Positions 1 to 9,613 of a DNA stretch of 64,000 nt are shown in pieces (position 1 is the stretch's first letter; every line of letters begins with the position of its first letter). Below the pieces are notes generated by a model. The model was not told the origin of the DNA, made no database searches, and worked only from the letters and a program-made list of their open reading frames with translations. Position numbers and translations under genes: made by a program. The stretch spans positions 649 through 64,648 of the forward strand of contig MFNS01000001.1 of the NCBI GenBank assembly GCA_001783805.1. The letters are read 5' to 3'. The DNA is from Candidatus Levybacteria bacterium RIFCSPHIGHO2_01_FULL_40_16 (GTDB taxonomy: Bacteria; Patescibacteriota; Microgenomatia; Levybacterales; UBA12049).

Positions 1-39
1 TACGCCAAAGGCTTTGACGGACAAGCAAAACTCCAAATT

Positions 40-1377
40 ATGACGAATAGAATTGTAATTTCAGATGCAGTTAAGCATGTTGGCGAGGTAATTGCTGTTT
101 GCGGATGGGTTTATCTGAGGCGTGATCATGGCAAGCTCATTTTCCTAAGTTTGAGGGATAGATCAGGCATGCTTCAGATAGTTGTGAATGCCAGTGTTTC
201 ACAAAACGCCTATGAAGCGACAAAAGATGTTAGGCCGGAATTCGTAGTCAAGATCGAAGGAATTGTTAAAAAAAGACCTGAAAATGCGATTGACAAAAAT
301 TCTCCTGTTGGCAGTGTCGAGCTTGAAGCCAAAAATATTGAAATTCTGGCCAAAGCGGAAACACTACCCTTTGATATGGGAGGAAAAGATCTGAATCTCG
401 AACTTCCTACGCTATTAGATCATCGGACACTAACCCTTCGTCACCCTTCTGTCTCATTTATTTTTAAGGTGCAGGCAGCAATTAGTGAGGGTTTTCGGAA
501 AACCGCCCAAAGTTTGGGATGTACGGAAATTTTCGTTCCGACAATTGTGTCAAGCGCCACAGAAGGCGGAGCGGATGTATTCGATCTCAATTATTATATT
601 CATAAAGCTTATCTTGCTCAAAGTCCGCAATTGTACAAGCAGATGCTTGTTCCGGTTTTTGAAAGAGTTTTTACGATAGCCCACGCTTATCGCGCAGAGC
701 CTTCTGTAACAACTAAGCATTTATCCGAAATAGTTCAGATGGATTGCGAATTTGGATTTTCTGATTTTCAAACACTACTTGATTATGCGCAGTTGGTCGG
801 AACGCAAACTCTGAAATATGCCCAAGATCAATGCGGCAAAGAGTTTAACGATTTCGGTATAGAGAAAATTTCTTTTGGAGAAATTAAAAGATTAAAATTG
901 CGGGAAGCGCAAGAGATAATTTTCAAAGAAACAGGCAGAGACGCCCGAAAAGAAAAAGACCTAAGTCCGCAAGATGAAATAGATATTTGTAAATGGACGC
1001 TAAAAAATCACAAAAGCGATTTTGTCGCAATTACTCATTTTCCGACCAAATCAAAACCATTTTATACGCATCCGGATCCCGAGAATCCCGAATACAGTTT
1101 GAGTTATGACCTATTATTTAGGGGTGCTGAAATAATGAGCGGAAGCCAGAGGATTAACGATTACCAGCGTCTTGTCTCGGCAATAAAAGACAGAGGTGTG
1201 GATCTTAAAAAATTTGAAATGTACCTGCAAGCTTTTAAATATGGTATGCCTCTGGAAGGAGGCTTTTCTTTTGGATTAGAAAGGACTACAATGAAACTTC
1301 TTAATTTAAAAAATATTAGAGAAGCGAGTCTTTTTCCCCGAGACATGGAGCGCGTAGATGAAAGGTTTTCCCATTAA
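40..1377 (+). CDS. Class IIb aminoacyl-tRNA synthetase, aspartyl- or asparaginyl-tRNA synthetase (archaeal/eukaryal-type AspRS most likely)
   Basis: N-terminal OB anticodon-binding fold (GWVYLRRDHGKLIFLSLRD). Motif 2 'YRAEPSVTTKHLSEIVQMDCEF'. Motif 3 'GGFSFGLERTTMKLLNLKNIREASLFPRD'. Length of 445 aa fits AspRS-type2/AsnRS. AspRS and AsnRS cannot be told apart by eye. Confidence 0.8.
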   Translation: MTNRIVISDAVKHVGEVIAVCGWVYLRRDHGKLIFLSLRDRSGMLQIVVNASVSQNAYEATKDVRPEFVVKIEGIVKKRPENAIDKNSPVGSVELEAKNIEILAKAETLPFDMGGKDLNLELPTLLDHRTLTLRHPSVSFIFKVQAAISEGFRKTAQSLGCTEIFVPTIVSSATEGGADVFDLNYYIHKAYLAQSPQLYKQMLVPVFERVFTIAHAYRAEPSVTTKHLSEIVQMDCEFGFSDFQTLLDYAQLVGTQTLKYAQDQCGKEFNDFGIEKISFGEIKRLKLREAQEIIFKETGRDARKEKDLSPQDEIDICKWTLKNHKSDFVAITHFPTKSKPFYTHPDPENPEYSLSYDLLFRGAEIMSGSQRINDYQRLVSAIKDRGVDLKKFEMYLQAFKYGMPLEGGFSFGLERTTMKLLNLKNIREASLFPRDMERVDERFSH

Positions 1378-2296
1378 TTTCTTCAAAAATAAAAGAAAGC
1401 ACATTCTATACACGTCTATATTGTTGTGTCTTTTAATCTTGGTAGCAGGTGCTTTTTTGGATGTGATTCTAAGGTATTACATTTTTGAAAAAAAGATCAA
1501 AGAATTTCCCTTCCAAATTGCAAATCAACAATATCCGACTTTTAAATCTCCGATAAATCCCGACATCACGGCCAAGGCAGTTGTAATAATGGACAAAGAT
1601 TCGAAAGCCGTGCTTTTTTCAAAAAATCCAAATCTATTATTTTCTATGGCATCAACCACGAAAATTATGACAGCATTGGTTTCGTTAGATTACTACAAAA
1701 TGAACGATGTCTTAACGGTCAGAACAGAACGGGTTGAGGGGGTTAATGTCGGATTCCAAATTGGTGAGCAATTGTTCTTCAGGGATATTTTGTATGCCAT
1801 GCTTCTTCCGTCAGGCAATGATGCGGCCTTAGCTTTGGCCCAGAATTATCCCGGCGGAGAAAAGGCATTCATCAAAAAAATGGATGAAAAAGCTAAATTA
1901 TTACGCCTGACCAATACCAATTTCGCAGATTCAATCGGGCTGGAAGATAGCCGTGATTACACCACTCCTTTAGATTTGGCCAGATTAGCGTCAATCGCTT
2001 TGGAAAATGAAGTATTTGCAAAAATAGTTGCAACCAAAACTTGGGAAATGCAAGACATTGCCGGAGAAAATAAATATTCACTAAATAACCTTAACAAATT
2101 ATTGGGAATCCAAGGGGTAAATGGAGTAAAAACAGGTTATACGACTGAAGCGGGTCAAGTATTGGTTACTTCAAAAAAAGAAGGCGAGCATACCCTAATT
2201 ATTGTTGTGATGGATAGTCAGGATAGATTTTTTGATACAAGTCGTTTATTATACGAAATATCAGAAAACATTAATTACTTATCCATTCATCCTTGA
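1358..2296 (+). CDS. Serine-type D-Ala-D-Ala carboxypeptidase (PBP5/6, DacA family) with N-terminal TM anchor
   Basis: SxxK motif 'SMASTTKIM', SxN motif 'LLPSGNDAA' and KTG motif 'VKTGYTTEAG'. N-terminal hydrophobic segment present. Overlaps upstream gene by 20 nt. Confidence 0.8.
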   Translation: MKGFPINFFKNKRKHILYTSILLCLLILVAGAFLDVILRYYIFEKKIKEFPFQIANQQYPTFKSPINPDITAKAVVIMDKDSKAVLFSKNPNLLFSMASTTKIMTALVSLDYYKMNDVLTVRTERVEGVNVGFQIGEQLFFRDILYAMLLPSGNDAALALAQNYPGGEKAFIKKMDEKAKLLRLTNTNFADSIGLEDSRDYTTPLDLARLASIALENEVFAKIVATKTWEMQDIAGENKYSLNNLNKLLGIQGVNGVKTGYTTEAGQVLVTSKKEGEHTLIIVVMDSQDRFFDTSRLLYEISENINYLSIHP

Positions 2297-3311
2297 CCGC
2301 AGAAACGTAAGCTACAAAATTATTACTTCCTTCAAATACAACAACGGGCATCAGGAAATCTTGCTGATTCTCTCCGATGTAATATCCCAGAAACACTTTT
2401 TTGATAATGAATTCAACCGTGTTGTCGGGTTTGTAGGCAATATAGGCTTTGCCTTTTTGTAATTCCGAAAACGCCTGGCTGGCAGCTTTTATGGCATAGG
2501 TAGAGCTAGTTTGGGAAATATTTTTATGGAAAAAGCGCGCGTCGACAACTTTCAGCTCGTTACTTTCTTTTCCGATCAGGAAATCAATAGTTGAGGATAT
2601 TCCTCTGTCGTAATAAATTGGCAAGCCGTCCAGATTTTTCTGGAAAAAATCGACCCTTACTATTTTGGTGTTGGAAATTTTGGAAGTTGGAATAAGGGCG
2701 CTCCCTGCAATCGAATATAAAGCGACTTTTGTTTTACTTTCGTCAACATCTTGCGGAAATAAGGACATGGAGGATAGAAAAGACCTGGCTACCTCGGCTG
2801 CGCGATCTTTTTGGTCAAGAGTTGAGAATGTCTGGAGAGATTGGGTCACTAAATATGGAGACGAAAGAGTAAAATCAGATGAAAAAATATTCATGGTAAT
2901 CATTCTTTGCAATGAGGCGCCTTGGTCAACCCATTGGTATGTATCTTCAGCGATTTGAACACCGTCTGATTTAAATCCAATGCTAGATACCTTTTGACGT
3001 GTTTTATCAAGCCCTAAAAGCGTAGGGGGTTCGGAGTTTATTTTATATACTTTTGCCCGATCGGAAAAATTCGGAAGAAATCCCGTTAAGGTATCCAGAG
3101 AGTAGGAAATATTTTCTTTCACTTGATTTGGGAAAGGAATTGCCGGCAATTTCCCAAAAGCGGCTTGCGGAGGAGGAGGGGGACTTAGAGAGTCTTTTAA
3201 AAACGATATGAATCTTATCCCCATAAAAAAAAGAAAAATTATAACCAAAGATATTCCGCCCCATTTGAGAATTTCCTGTGTTTCCTTTTTTGCTTTGCTT
3301 AAAGTAGGCAT
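2271..3311 (-). CDS. Hypothetical membrane-anchored extracytoplasmic protein (N-terminal TM, proline-rich linker SPPPPPQ)
   Basis: Long ORF with TM helix at residues ~18-38 followed by a poly-Pro linker and a ~300 aa soluble region. No recognisable catalytic motif. Confidence 0.5.
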   Translation of the reverse strand: MPTLSKAKKETQEILKWGGISLVIIFLFFMGIRFISFLKDSLSPPPPPQAAFGKLPAIPFPNQVKENISYSLDTLTGFLPNFSDRAKVYKINSEPPTLLGLDKTRQKVSSIGFKSDGVQIAEDTYQWVDQGASLQRMITMNIFSSDFTLSSPYLVTQSLQTFSTLDQKDRAAEVARSFLSSMSLFPQDVDESKTKVALYSIAGSALIPTSKISNTKIVRVDFFQKNLDGLPIYYDRGISSTIDFLIGKESNELKVVDARFFHKNISQTSSTYAIKAASQAFSELQKGKAYIAYKPDNTVEFIIKKVFLGYYIGENQQDFLMPVVVFEGSNNFVAYVSAVKDEWISN

Positions 3312-3386
3312 GTCTTGGTACGTTCATGAAACTGAACGTACCTTGAGTATAAAGAAAAATTCAAGTACAATCAATACATCGAAACT

Positions 3387-4625
3387 ATGACTAGAGTTAG
3401 AATTGCGCCCAGTCCTACCGGAATTCCGCACATTGGGAATACGAGAACCGCACTCTTCAATTATCTTTTCGCCAAGCATACTAAGGGTAAATTTATAGTG
3501 CGTGTTGAGGATACTGATCGGGCCAGAATTGTTCTCGGGGCAAAAGAGGCAATTTTCGAAATTCTTACTTGGCTTGGTATTTCCTGGGATGAGGAATATG
3601 TTCAATCGGAAAGAAAAAGTATTTACAAGGAGCAAGTAGGAAATCTTGTTAAAAAGGGATTGGCTTATAAAGACGAAGGAGCGGTAAGGTTTAAGGTGCC
3701 GGCTAATCGGGAAATATCTTGGACAGACGCAATCGGGAATAAAAAAATTTCTTTTAAAACAGATGTCATAGAGGATTTTGTAATTCTTAAATCCGACGGG
3801 TTTCCAACCTACCATTTGGCAAACGTGGTTGATGATTATTTAATGAAAATTTCTCATATAATCCGCGGGGACGAATGGATTTCTTCGACTCCGAAACATA
3901 TTTTGCTTTATGAAGCTTTTGGCTGGGATCTGCCGGTGTTTGCTCATCTGCCTGTTATTTTGGGACCGGATAAGACCAAATTATCAAAACGTCACGGGGC
4001 ACAATCGGTTTTAGATTTAAAAAACGATGGATATTTGAAAGAAGCAATTGTAAATTTTATGGCACTGTTGGGATGGAGCCATCCGGAAGGAAAAGAAATA
4101 TTTTCTCTGACGGAAATAATAAAAACATTTGATTTAAAAGATGTCGGAACAGTTGCACCGATTTTTGATTTACAAAAATTAACTTGGATGAATGGGGAGT
4201 ACATTAGACAAACTCAAAACTCAAAACTCAAAACTCAAATCTGTGAATTTTATGAGAAAGATAAGAATGTATTAGAGTTTTTAAAAAACAATTCAACAAA
4301 ATTAAATCTAATATTGGATTTGGCTAAGACGCGAATGAAAACCTTAAAGGAGTTTAAAGATTTGGTTATCCCAAGAATACCGAAATTATCCCTTGAGAAA
4401 AAAAATATCGCCAAAGCTCTGTCGGAAAATTTTAGCGAAATTAAAAATTGGAATTCCGAGACAATCCTTTCAGCAATGAAAAAAGCTCTAATCTTGCATA
4501 AAGCAAAAGGCAGCGTTTTGTACGAGATTGCAACAGGCTTCGAGAAGGGACTGCCTCTTCCCGATTCTTTAGAAATTTTAGGTAAAGAAAAAACCTTACA
4601 GAGGATTAAGAAAGTAGCTCAATAA
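3387..4625 (+). CDS. gltX: Glutamyl-tRNA synthetase (short/truncated-C-terminus type)
   Basis: HIGH motif 'PSPTGIPHIGNTRTA' and KMSKS motif 'KLSKRHG'. Typical GluRS catalytic core. 412 aa. Confidence 0.9.
   Translation: MTRVRIAPSPTGIPHIGNTRTALFNYLFAKHTKGKFIVRVEDTDRARIVLGAKEAIFEILTWLGISWDEEYVQSERKSIYKEQVGNLVKKGLAYKDEGAVRFKVPANREISWTDAIGNKKISFKTDVIEDFVILKSDGFPTYHLANVVDDYLMKISHIIRGDEWISSTPKHILLYEAFGWDLPVFAHLPVILGPDKTKLSKRHGAQSVLDLKNDGYLKEAIVNFMALLGWSHPEGKEIFSLTEIIKTFDLKDVGTVAPIFDLQKLTWMNGEYIRQTQNSKLKTQICEFYEKDKNVLEFLKNNSTKLNLILDLAKTRMKTLKEFKDLVIPRIPKLSLEKKNIAKALSENFSEIKNWNSETILSAMKKALILHKAKGSVLYEIATGFEKGLPLPDSLEILGKEKTLQRIKKVAQ
4210..4237 (+). repeat. Heptanucleotide tandem repeat (AAACTCA)x4 plus a degenerate fifth unit, in-frame inside gltX
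   Basis: Direct reading: ACAAACTCAAAACTCAAAACTCAAAACTCAAATCTG. It encodes QTQNSKLKTQ. Confidence 0.9.
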
Positions 4626-4628
4626 TTT

Positions 4629-5228
4629 ATGACGGGGCTTGCTAAAGCGATATCGTTTTTTTTGGGTCCGGTTTTTACTCTTCTCCCAATACCTTTTATT
4701 CTAGTTGCAAGATTTAGCCAGGATTATAAATATGTTTTAAAATGGTCTATATTTTCTTATGCTTTTATCCTAGCTGTTGTTTTGTTCGTGATTGCAGGAG
4801 TGATGCTTGGAGTTTTTTCTAATTTTGATGTTTCCAAAAGAGAACAAAGACCGCTTCTTTTTTCATTTTCCGCGTTCGTGATATTTTGTTATTTATTATC
4901 TCTGCTTGTTTTGCGCGGGCCAAAAATTCTTTTTTTGGCTATCTTTGCTGTAATTTTTGGTCTGGTAACTTTTATAATTGCTAACAAGTGGATCAAAGCA
5001 AGCATTCATGTTGCAACAGCCACAGCTGTCCTGCTATTAATAGGAATTATTTATAAAGGATATTTTTTTCTGCTTCTTATCCTTATTCCTCTTCTTGCCT
5101 GGGCACGCGTCAAGACTAAAGAACATTCTGCAACAGAAACAATAATTGGCAGTATCTTAGGGATCATGGTAACATTAACCGTATATCTTATCAGTAAGCA
5201 ATTTCTTTTGGGGATGATTTATAATTAA
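4629..5228 (+). CDS. Hypothetical polytopic membrane protein (about 5 TM helices)
   Basis: Uninterrupted ORF. Hydrophobic segments throughout. Lies between gltX and dgkA. No confident family assignment. Confidence 0.5.
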   Translation: MTGLAKAISFFLGPVFTLLPIPFILVARFSQDYKYVLKWSIFSYAFILAVVLFVIAGVMLGVFSNFDVSKREQRPLLFSFSAFVIFCYLLSLLVLRGPKILFLAIFAVIFGLVTFIIANKWIKASIHVATATAVLLLIGIIYKGYFFLLLILIPLLAWARVKTKEHSATETIIGSILGIMVTLTVYLISKQFLLGMIYN

Positions 5229-5231
5229 AAT

Positions 5232-5600
5232 ATGGATTACGATAAGTCTTTATCAAATTCTTTTAAATATGCGCTTGAAGGTGTTTGGCACGCACTGAAA
5301 AATAATCGCAACTTAAGAATAGATTTTATTGCAGCTTTGATTGTAATTGTTTTAAGCGTAGTTTTTCACACCAATCCATATGAAAAAGGTGTTTTGGGAA
5401 TTACGATCTTATTCGTTATTTGTTCCGAAATGATTAATACTTCGCTGGAGGAAATGGTGAATCTTATTACACAGGAACACAGAAGAGAGGCAAAAATCGC
5501 CAAAGATGTAGCCGCGGGAATGGTTCTGATCGCAGCGATAGGATCTGTGATTGTTGGGATTTTTATATTTTCCCCGTATATATCTAAATTACTTTATTAA
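5232..5600 (+). CDS. dgkA: Diacylglycerol/undecaprenol kinase (DgkA family)
   Basis: ~120 aa with 3 TM helices. Conserved 'EEMVNLITQEHRREAKIAKDVAAGMVL' segment typical of prokaryotic DAGK. Confidence 0.75.
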   Translation: MDYDKSLSNSFKYALEGVWHALKNNRNLRIDFIAALIVIVLSVVFHTNPYEKGVLGITILFVICSEMINTSLEEMVNLITQEHRREAKIAKDVAAGMVLIAAIGSVIVGIFIFSPYISKLLY

Positions 5601-6215
5601 AGAGATCGCGGAAACAAGCAGGAATACCCCGGCTGTATCAAGAATAAAAGATAAAATGACAAACTGATAACTTTTTATTTTACTTACTTCCAATAAACCT
5701 ATTCCTATTTCGTCCGGAAAAGGAGAAGCGATAATTATCGCGCCAATTATAGGCAGACTCCATCTGAAATATCTGTGATACATTAAGCGTGTCAAGTGTC
5801 TGCCTCCAAAACGATTGTAAATTGGCGTAATTTCTTCAATTAAATTACATCTGAAGAAGCGGAAAATAACAAAATCTCCAACAGCGCCACCTAATCCCGC
5901 CAATAAAGCTATTTCTATTGGAGGCAACGTTGTTGCTAAATCCGAAAGCATCAATATTCCAAGCGCAGCCGTGAACGCCGATACGTAAAATACTCCGGCA
6001 ACAAGAGAGCCAATAAAGGGAATATAACGAAGATTAAAAAGACCATCATTAAGGAATTTATATTTTGATAAAAAAATTGCAAGGAGTATGCTTATCGCAA
6101 CAAGGGTGAGGTTTTTATATTTATAATTCTTTAAAAATTTCACTCCCTTAGTATAGCAAATTAATAATAGTCGTTGCCGAATAATATGATAATATGAATA
6201 TGTATGGAGCCGCAA
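5589..6215 (-). CDS. Hypothetical membrane protein
   Basis: 208-aa ORF with several hydrophobic helices. Start overlaps the divergent downstream ORF by 12 nt, so the true start may be an internal Met. Confidence 0.45.
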   Translation of the reverse strand: MRLHTYSYYHIIRQRLLLICYTKGVKFLKNYKYKNLTLVAISILLAIFLSKYKFLNDGLFNLRYIPFIGSLVAGVFYVSAFTAALGILMLSDLATTLPPIEIALLAGLGGAVGDFVIFRFFRCNLIEEITPIYNRFGGRHLTRLMYHRYFRWSLPIIGAIIIASPFPDEIGIGLLEVSKIKSYQFVILSFILDTAGVFLLVSAISLIK

Positions 6216-6548
6216 TTAAATTGTCCGAATTGTAAGCAGAATATTGCTACGTCAGATTATTTTTGTCCGAACTGCGGAAAAAAACTAAAAGATAAACCTT
6301 TATCTACAACAATTGCCAGGCAAATATTCGTTTATTCTTTTAGTCTTTTACTTCCGCCTTTGGGACTTTGGCCGGCAATCAGATATTTAAAACAAGAATC
6401 GGATAAAGCAAGAATGATTGGTTTTATTGCGATTGTTTTGACAATAATCTCTACAGCTGTAGAACTCTGGCTTGGTCTGGGTTTTATAAATACATTTAAT
6501 CAACAATTTAATCAACAGCTCAACAGCAATCTTAATTTGTACCGTTAA
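6204..6548 (+). CDS. Zinc-ribbon domain membrane protein
   Basis: N-terminal CPNC...x12...CPNC zinc ribbon followed by two hydrophobic helices. Confidence 0.5.
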   Translation: MEPQLNCPNCKQNIATSDYFCPNCGKKLKDKPLSTTIARQIFVYSFSLLLPPLGLWPAIRYLKQESDKARMIGFIAIVLTIISTAVELWLGLGFINTFNQQFNQQLNSNLNLYR

Positions 6549-6786
6549 TTAAAGCTTCTTTTTGCGCGTGGGTGAATTTTTTTATTTCAATTTCCCGTTT
6601 CAAAGCTTTAGAAGGGGTAGGTTGGGTTTCTTGATAAACCAATTCAAATGATTTAAAGCTCCGCAGGTATTTTGATGATCTACCTGTTTTATTTTTATGC
6701 TCATTTAATCTCTTTTTCAGATTATTTGTCTGTCCGGTGTAAAGAGTATTTGAAGATGTGCGGAGAATATAGACTGTATAAACCAC
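6532..6786 (-). CDS. GIY-YIG domain protein (UPF0213/YhbQ-like small nuclease-fold protein)
   Basis: 'VYTVYILRTSSNTLYTGQTNNLKKRLNEH' matches the GIY-(x10)-YTG...R...EH signature. 84 aa. Confidence 0.7.
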   Translation of the reverse strand: MVYTVYILRTSSNTLYTGQTNNLKKRLNEHKNKTGRSSKYLRSFKSFELVYQETQPTPSKALKREIEIKKFTHAQKEALINGTN

Positions 6787-6793
6787 CTATTTA

Positions 6794-8011
6794 TTATACC
6801 CCTTCCAGGAAAGTCAGGGCAGTGCCTTTTTTGTCAACTCTGCCGGTCCGGCCGATTCTGTGAATATAAACTTCGTATGATTCAGGCATATCGTAATTGA
6901 TCACGTGACTGACATCCGGAATATCCAGTCCGCGTGAGGCAACATCGGTTGCTAACAGTACTTGGATTTCGTTATTCTTGAATGCATCCAGAATCTTCTG
7001 GCGTTGATTTTGTCTTTTGTTTCCATGAATTGCCCCTGCACTAAATCCGCGTCTAATCAATTCATCGGTTAATTTTTGCACGCCCCATTTAGTTCTCCCA
7101 AAGATAAGTACTTTTCCAAATCCCGGCTGTCTCAAGAGATCATGGAGTTTATCAACTTTGTTGACGCCTGGTTGAACTCTAATCACTTCCTGTTCAATAT
7201 TTTCGGCAGTTTCCTGTTTTTTCACAGAAACAGTAATAGGATTTTTAACAAAAGTTTGCAAAATCTCTTTTACTTTGCCGGAAATGGTTGCCGAGAAAAA
7301 AAGCGACTGTCGGATTGGCGGCATCAGGGAAATAAAATATTTAATGTCTTTAATAAAGCCGATATCAACCATGCGGTCTGCTTCATCCAATACGACATTG
7401 TGAAATTGGGACAGTTGTAAAATTCCGGTTTCAATCAAATCCTTCAATCTTCCGGGAGTACCGATTACAAAATGCGGTTTTTGTCTTAATTGAGAAATCT
7501 GTTTATTCATATTTGCTCCACCAATGCAAAGCGCAGTATATATTCCTAAACCTCTGGCAAAACCGCGCAACTCATCATGAATTTGCAGAACCAATTCATG
7601 AGTCGGGGCAACAATCAATACTCTTTCCTGCTTGTTTCTGAATACTTTGTCAACCAGGGGAATTAAAAAAGCAGCAGTTTTACCTGTTCCCGTATTGGCA
7701 ATACCAATCACGTCCCGTCCCTCAATAATAGGGGCAATTACCTGATCCTGAATTGGAGTAGGAGCAGTGTAGCCTTTAAGTTTAATATTCTCTAAAACCT
7801 GTGGAGAAAGCTTAAGATCCTCGAATTTATTTACCGGAACATAATCTATCTCCGGCTGAGTAAGTTTGATTTCATTCACAGTCTTAGTCGCTTGGATTGC
7901 GCCAATTAGTTCGGAATTAGCCATTACTTTCTGAGGAAATCTTTTAAAATTTCTTCCAAAATTTCTCCTCCCAAAGTTTCGACCTGGATCATTAAATCTT
8001 CGTTTATTCAT
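6794..8011 (-). CDS. DEAD-box ATP-dependent RNA helicase
   Basis: Q-motif region, Walker A 'NTGTGKTAAF', 'PTHEL', DEAD box 'VLDEADRM', 'SAT', 'HRIGRTGR'. Unusual N-terminal RG/FGR-rich extension. Confidence 0.9.
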   Translation of the reverse strand: MNKRRFNDPGRNFGRRNFGRNFKRFPQKVMANSELIGAIQATKTVNEIKLTQPEIDYVPVNKFEDLKLSPQVLENIKLKGYTAPTPIQDQVIAPIIEGRDVIGIANTGTGKTAAFLIPLVDKVFRNKQERVLIVAPTHELVLQIHDELRGFARGLGIYTALCIGGANMNKQISQLRQKPHFVIGTPGRLKDLIETGILQLSQFHNVVLDEADRMVDIGFIKDIKYFISLMPPIRQSLFFSATISGKVKEILQTFVKNPITVSVKKQETAENIEQEVIRVQPGVNKVDKLHDLLRQPGFGKVLIFGRTKWGVQKLTDELIRRGFSAGAIHGNKRQNQRQKILDAFKNNEIQVLLATDVASRGLDIPDVSHVINYDMPESYEVYIHRIGRTGRVDKKGTALTFLEGV

Positions 8012-8202
8012 ATTAAAGGAATAAAACTGCCTAAATAAAGATTGAAGCTGTGAGTAGGGGAAAAGATACGAATTTCAAAAAATTGTATTACTTATTATCT
8101 TTAACTTATCTAATCAGAACTTTTCAAAATTAAGCAGATTTATTTCTTTAAATTAAACCTGCCGGATTTAGATTAGTATTATACCAAAAATGGCTCCAAA
8201 AG

Positions 8203-8463
8203 TCAACCTTTATAGAGTGCTGTTCCGCTTTTGACAACCTCATTTACCTTAATAGCTACTTCTTCGCCCTTTTTCCCCGAAGTTACCTGTTTATGTTCAA
8301 GTTGCATTGATTCGATAGTCTGCTCAAAAGATTTGTCACCTTTTGTAAATTTGACTTTATCCTCCGCTTTTAAGGTCTTCTCAAGCTTTACTACCGCAAC
8401 TCCTATTTTGTCGTAGTAGTGAATAACCTTACCAATAAAATCCTTTTTGTTCATCTCTCTCAC
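8203..8463 (-). CDS. Small hypothetical protein, possibly a beta-barrel (EF-Tu domain-2-like) fold
   Basis: 86-aa ORF upstream of obg. Lys/Glu-rich. 'GKVIHYYDKIGVAVVKLEKTLKAEDKVKF' resembles translation-factor beta-barrel domains. Preceded by a GGGGGTGA Shine-Dalgarno. Confidence 0.4.
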   Translation of the reverse strand: MREMNKKDFIGKVIHYYDKIGVAVVKLEKTLKAEDKVKFTKGDKSFEQTIESMQLEHKQVTSGKKGEEVAIKVNEVVKSGTALYKG

Positions 8464-8565
8464 CCCCTTTACCCGCCGATTCAGCGCTCTTTGAAGCGTG
8501 TATGAATAATACTGAAAAGCTGCAAAGTGAGCTCAGGCGGGCTGCGTTTGTAGTCATCTGCAATT

Positions 8566-8596
8566 CTACTGTAGTACGATTGCACTCACCTGTCAA
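8566..8596 (-). promoter_or_regulatory. Candidate sigma70-like promoter (TTGACA-N17-TACAGT) for the small ORF; ~100-nt leader
   Basis: Reverse-complement reads ttgacaggtgagtgcaatcgtactacagt. The -35 overlaps the obg stop codon. Confidence 0.3.
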
Positions 8597-9549
8597 TAGA
8601 TCTTTTCCAGCTCTTGTTTTAGAATATTCAGGCTTACGGGATTGTAAATGGAAACGGTTAAAACTTTACCTTTTTTCTTCAAAATTTTCATATTCCTTTT
8701 AAAGGTTTTTTCATCAACCAGGTCGGTTTTGGTAAGCAAAATGATTTCCGGCTTGTCCAAAAGTAAAATATTATATTGCTTGAATTCATTGCGCACGGTT
8801 TCGTACGCTTTTTCCGGATTTACTTCGGAAGAGTCTATACAATGAACCAAAACTTTGGTTTTTTCAATATGTTTGAGAAATTCAACCCCCAAGCCTTTTC
8901 CTTTGGATGCGCCTTCAATCAGTCCCGGAATATCCGCAATCGCGTGCCCATTCAGCATTCCAATATTTGGTTCAAGAGTGGTGAATGGATAAGCGCCGAT
9001 TTTGGGAGTCGCATTGGTGAGGACAGAAAGCAGACTGCTTTTGCCTGCATTTGGCAGTCCGATCAGTCCGACATCCGCAATTAGTCTTAGTTCTAAAAAT
9101 AATTTCTTTTCTTTACCCGAAGTTCCTTTTTCGGCGTATCTTGGAGCTTGATTTGTAGCTGATTTAAACTCCGTATTTCCCCGTCCGCCTTTTCCGCCAC
9201 GCGCTGCAAGAATGCGCGTAACCGTATCGGTTATTTCAACTATGCTACCAGAGGTAGTGTCAGTTACGCGTGTTCCTAGGGGTAAATAAATAGTCAGATG
9301 CTCCGCATTTTTCCCAAATAATTTTTTATGTTTACCGGGAGTTCCGCTTTGCGCCTCAATTCTTTTCTTATACCGGAATTCACGCAAATCATTAATATTG
9401 GTTGAACCCTGAAAATAAATGTTTCCGCCGTTTCCGCCATTGCCCCCGTCCGGCCCGCCTTTGGCTTTGCCTTCACTTCGCAAAAAGGTTGCTGCACCGT
9501 CCCCACCGTTACCCGCCTTAACAATTAAATTAATATTATCAACCAACAT
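8593..9549 (-). CDS. obg: GTPase Obg/CgtA
   Basis: N-terminal Gly-rich Obg fold 'AGNGGDGAATFLRSEGKAKGGPDGGNGGNGGNIYF'. G1 'GLIGLPNAGKSSLL', G3 'DIPG', G4 'TKTD'. Confidence 0.9.
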   Translation of the reverse strand: MLVDNINLIVKAGNGGDGAATFLRSEGKAKGGPDGGNGGNGGNIYFQGSTNINDLREFRYKKRIEAQSGTPGKHKKLFGKNAEHLTIYLPLGTRVTDTTSGSIVEITDTVTRILAARGGKGGRGNTEFKSATNQAPRYAEKGTSGKEKKLFLELRLIADVGLIGLPNAGKSSLLSVLTNATPKIGAYPFTTLEPNIGMLNGHAIADIPGLIEGASKGKGLGVEFLKHIEKTKVLVHCIDSSEVNPEKAYETVRNEFKQYNILLLDKPEIILLTKTDLVDEKTFKRNMKILKKKGKVLTVSIYNPVSLNILKQELEKIY

Positions 9550-9613
9550 GTGCGCATTGTACCATTTTTATTGTTAATAGTTAGGAGTTTTGATAAAATC
9601 AACTTGTCTAACA

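Noticed and set aside
3324-3815. 163-aa minus-strand ORF
   Set aside because: It overlaps the well-supported gltX N-terminus (HIGH motif region) in antisense and has low-complexity composition. Spurious.
8502-8702. 66-aa plus-strand ORF between the small ORF and obg
   Set aside because: It lies in the promoter and leader region of the minus-strand small ORF and overlaps the obg 3' end in antisense. There is no SD and the composition is poor.
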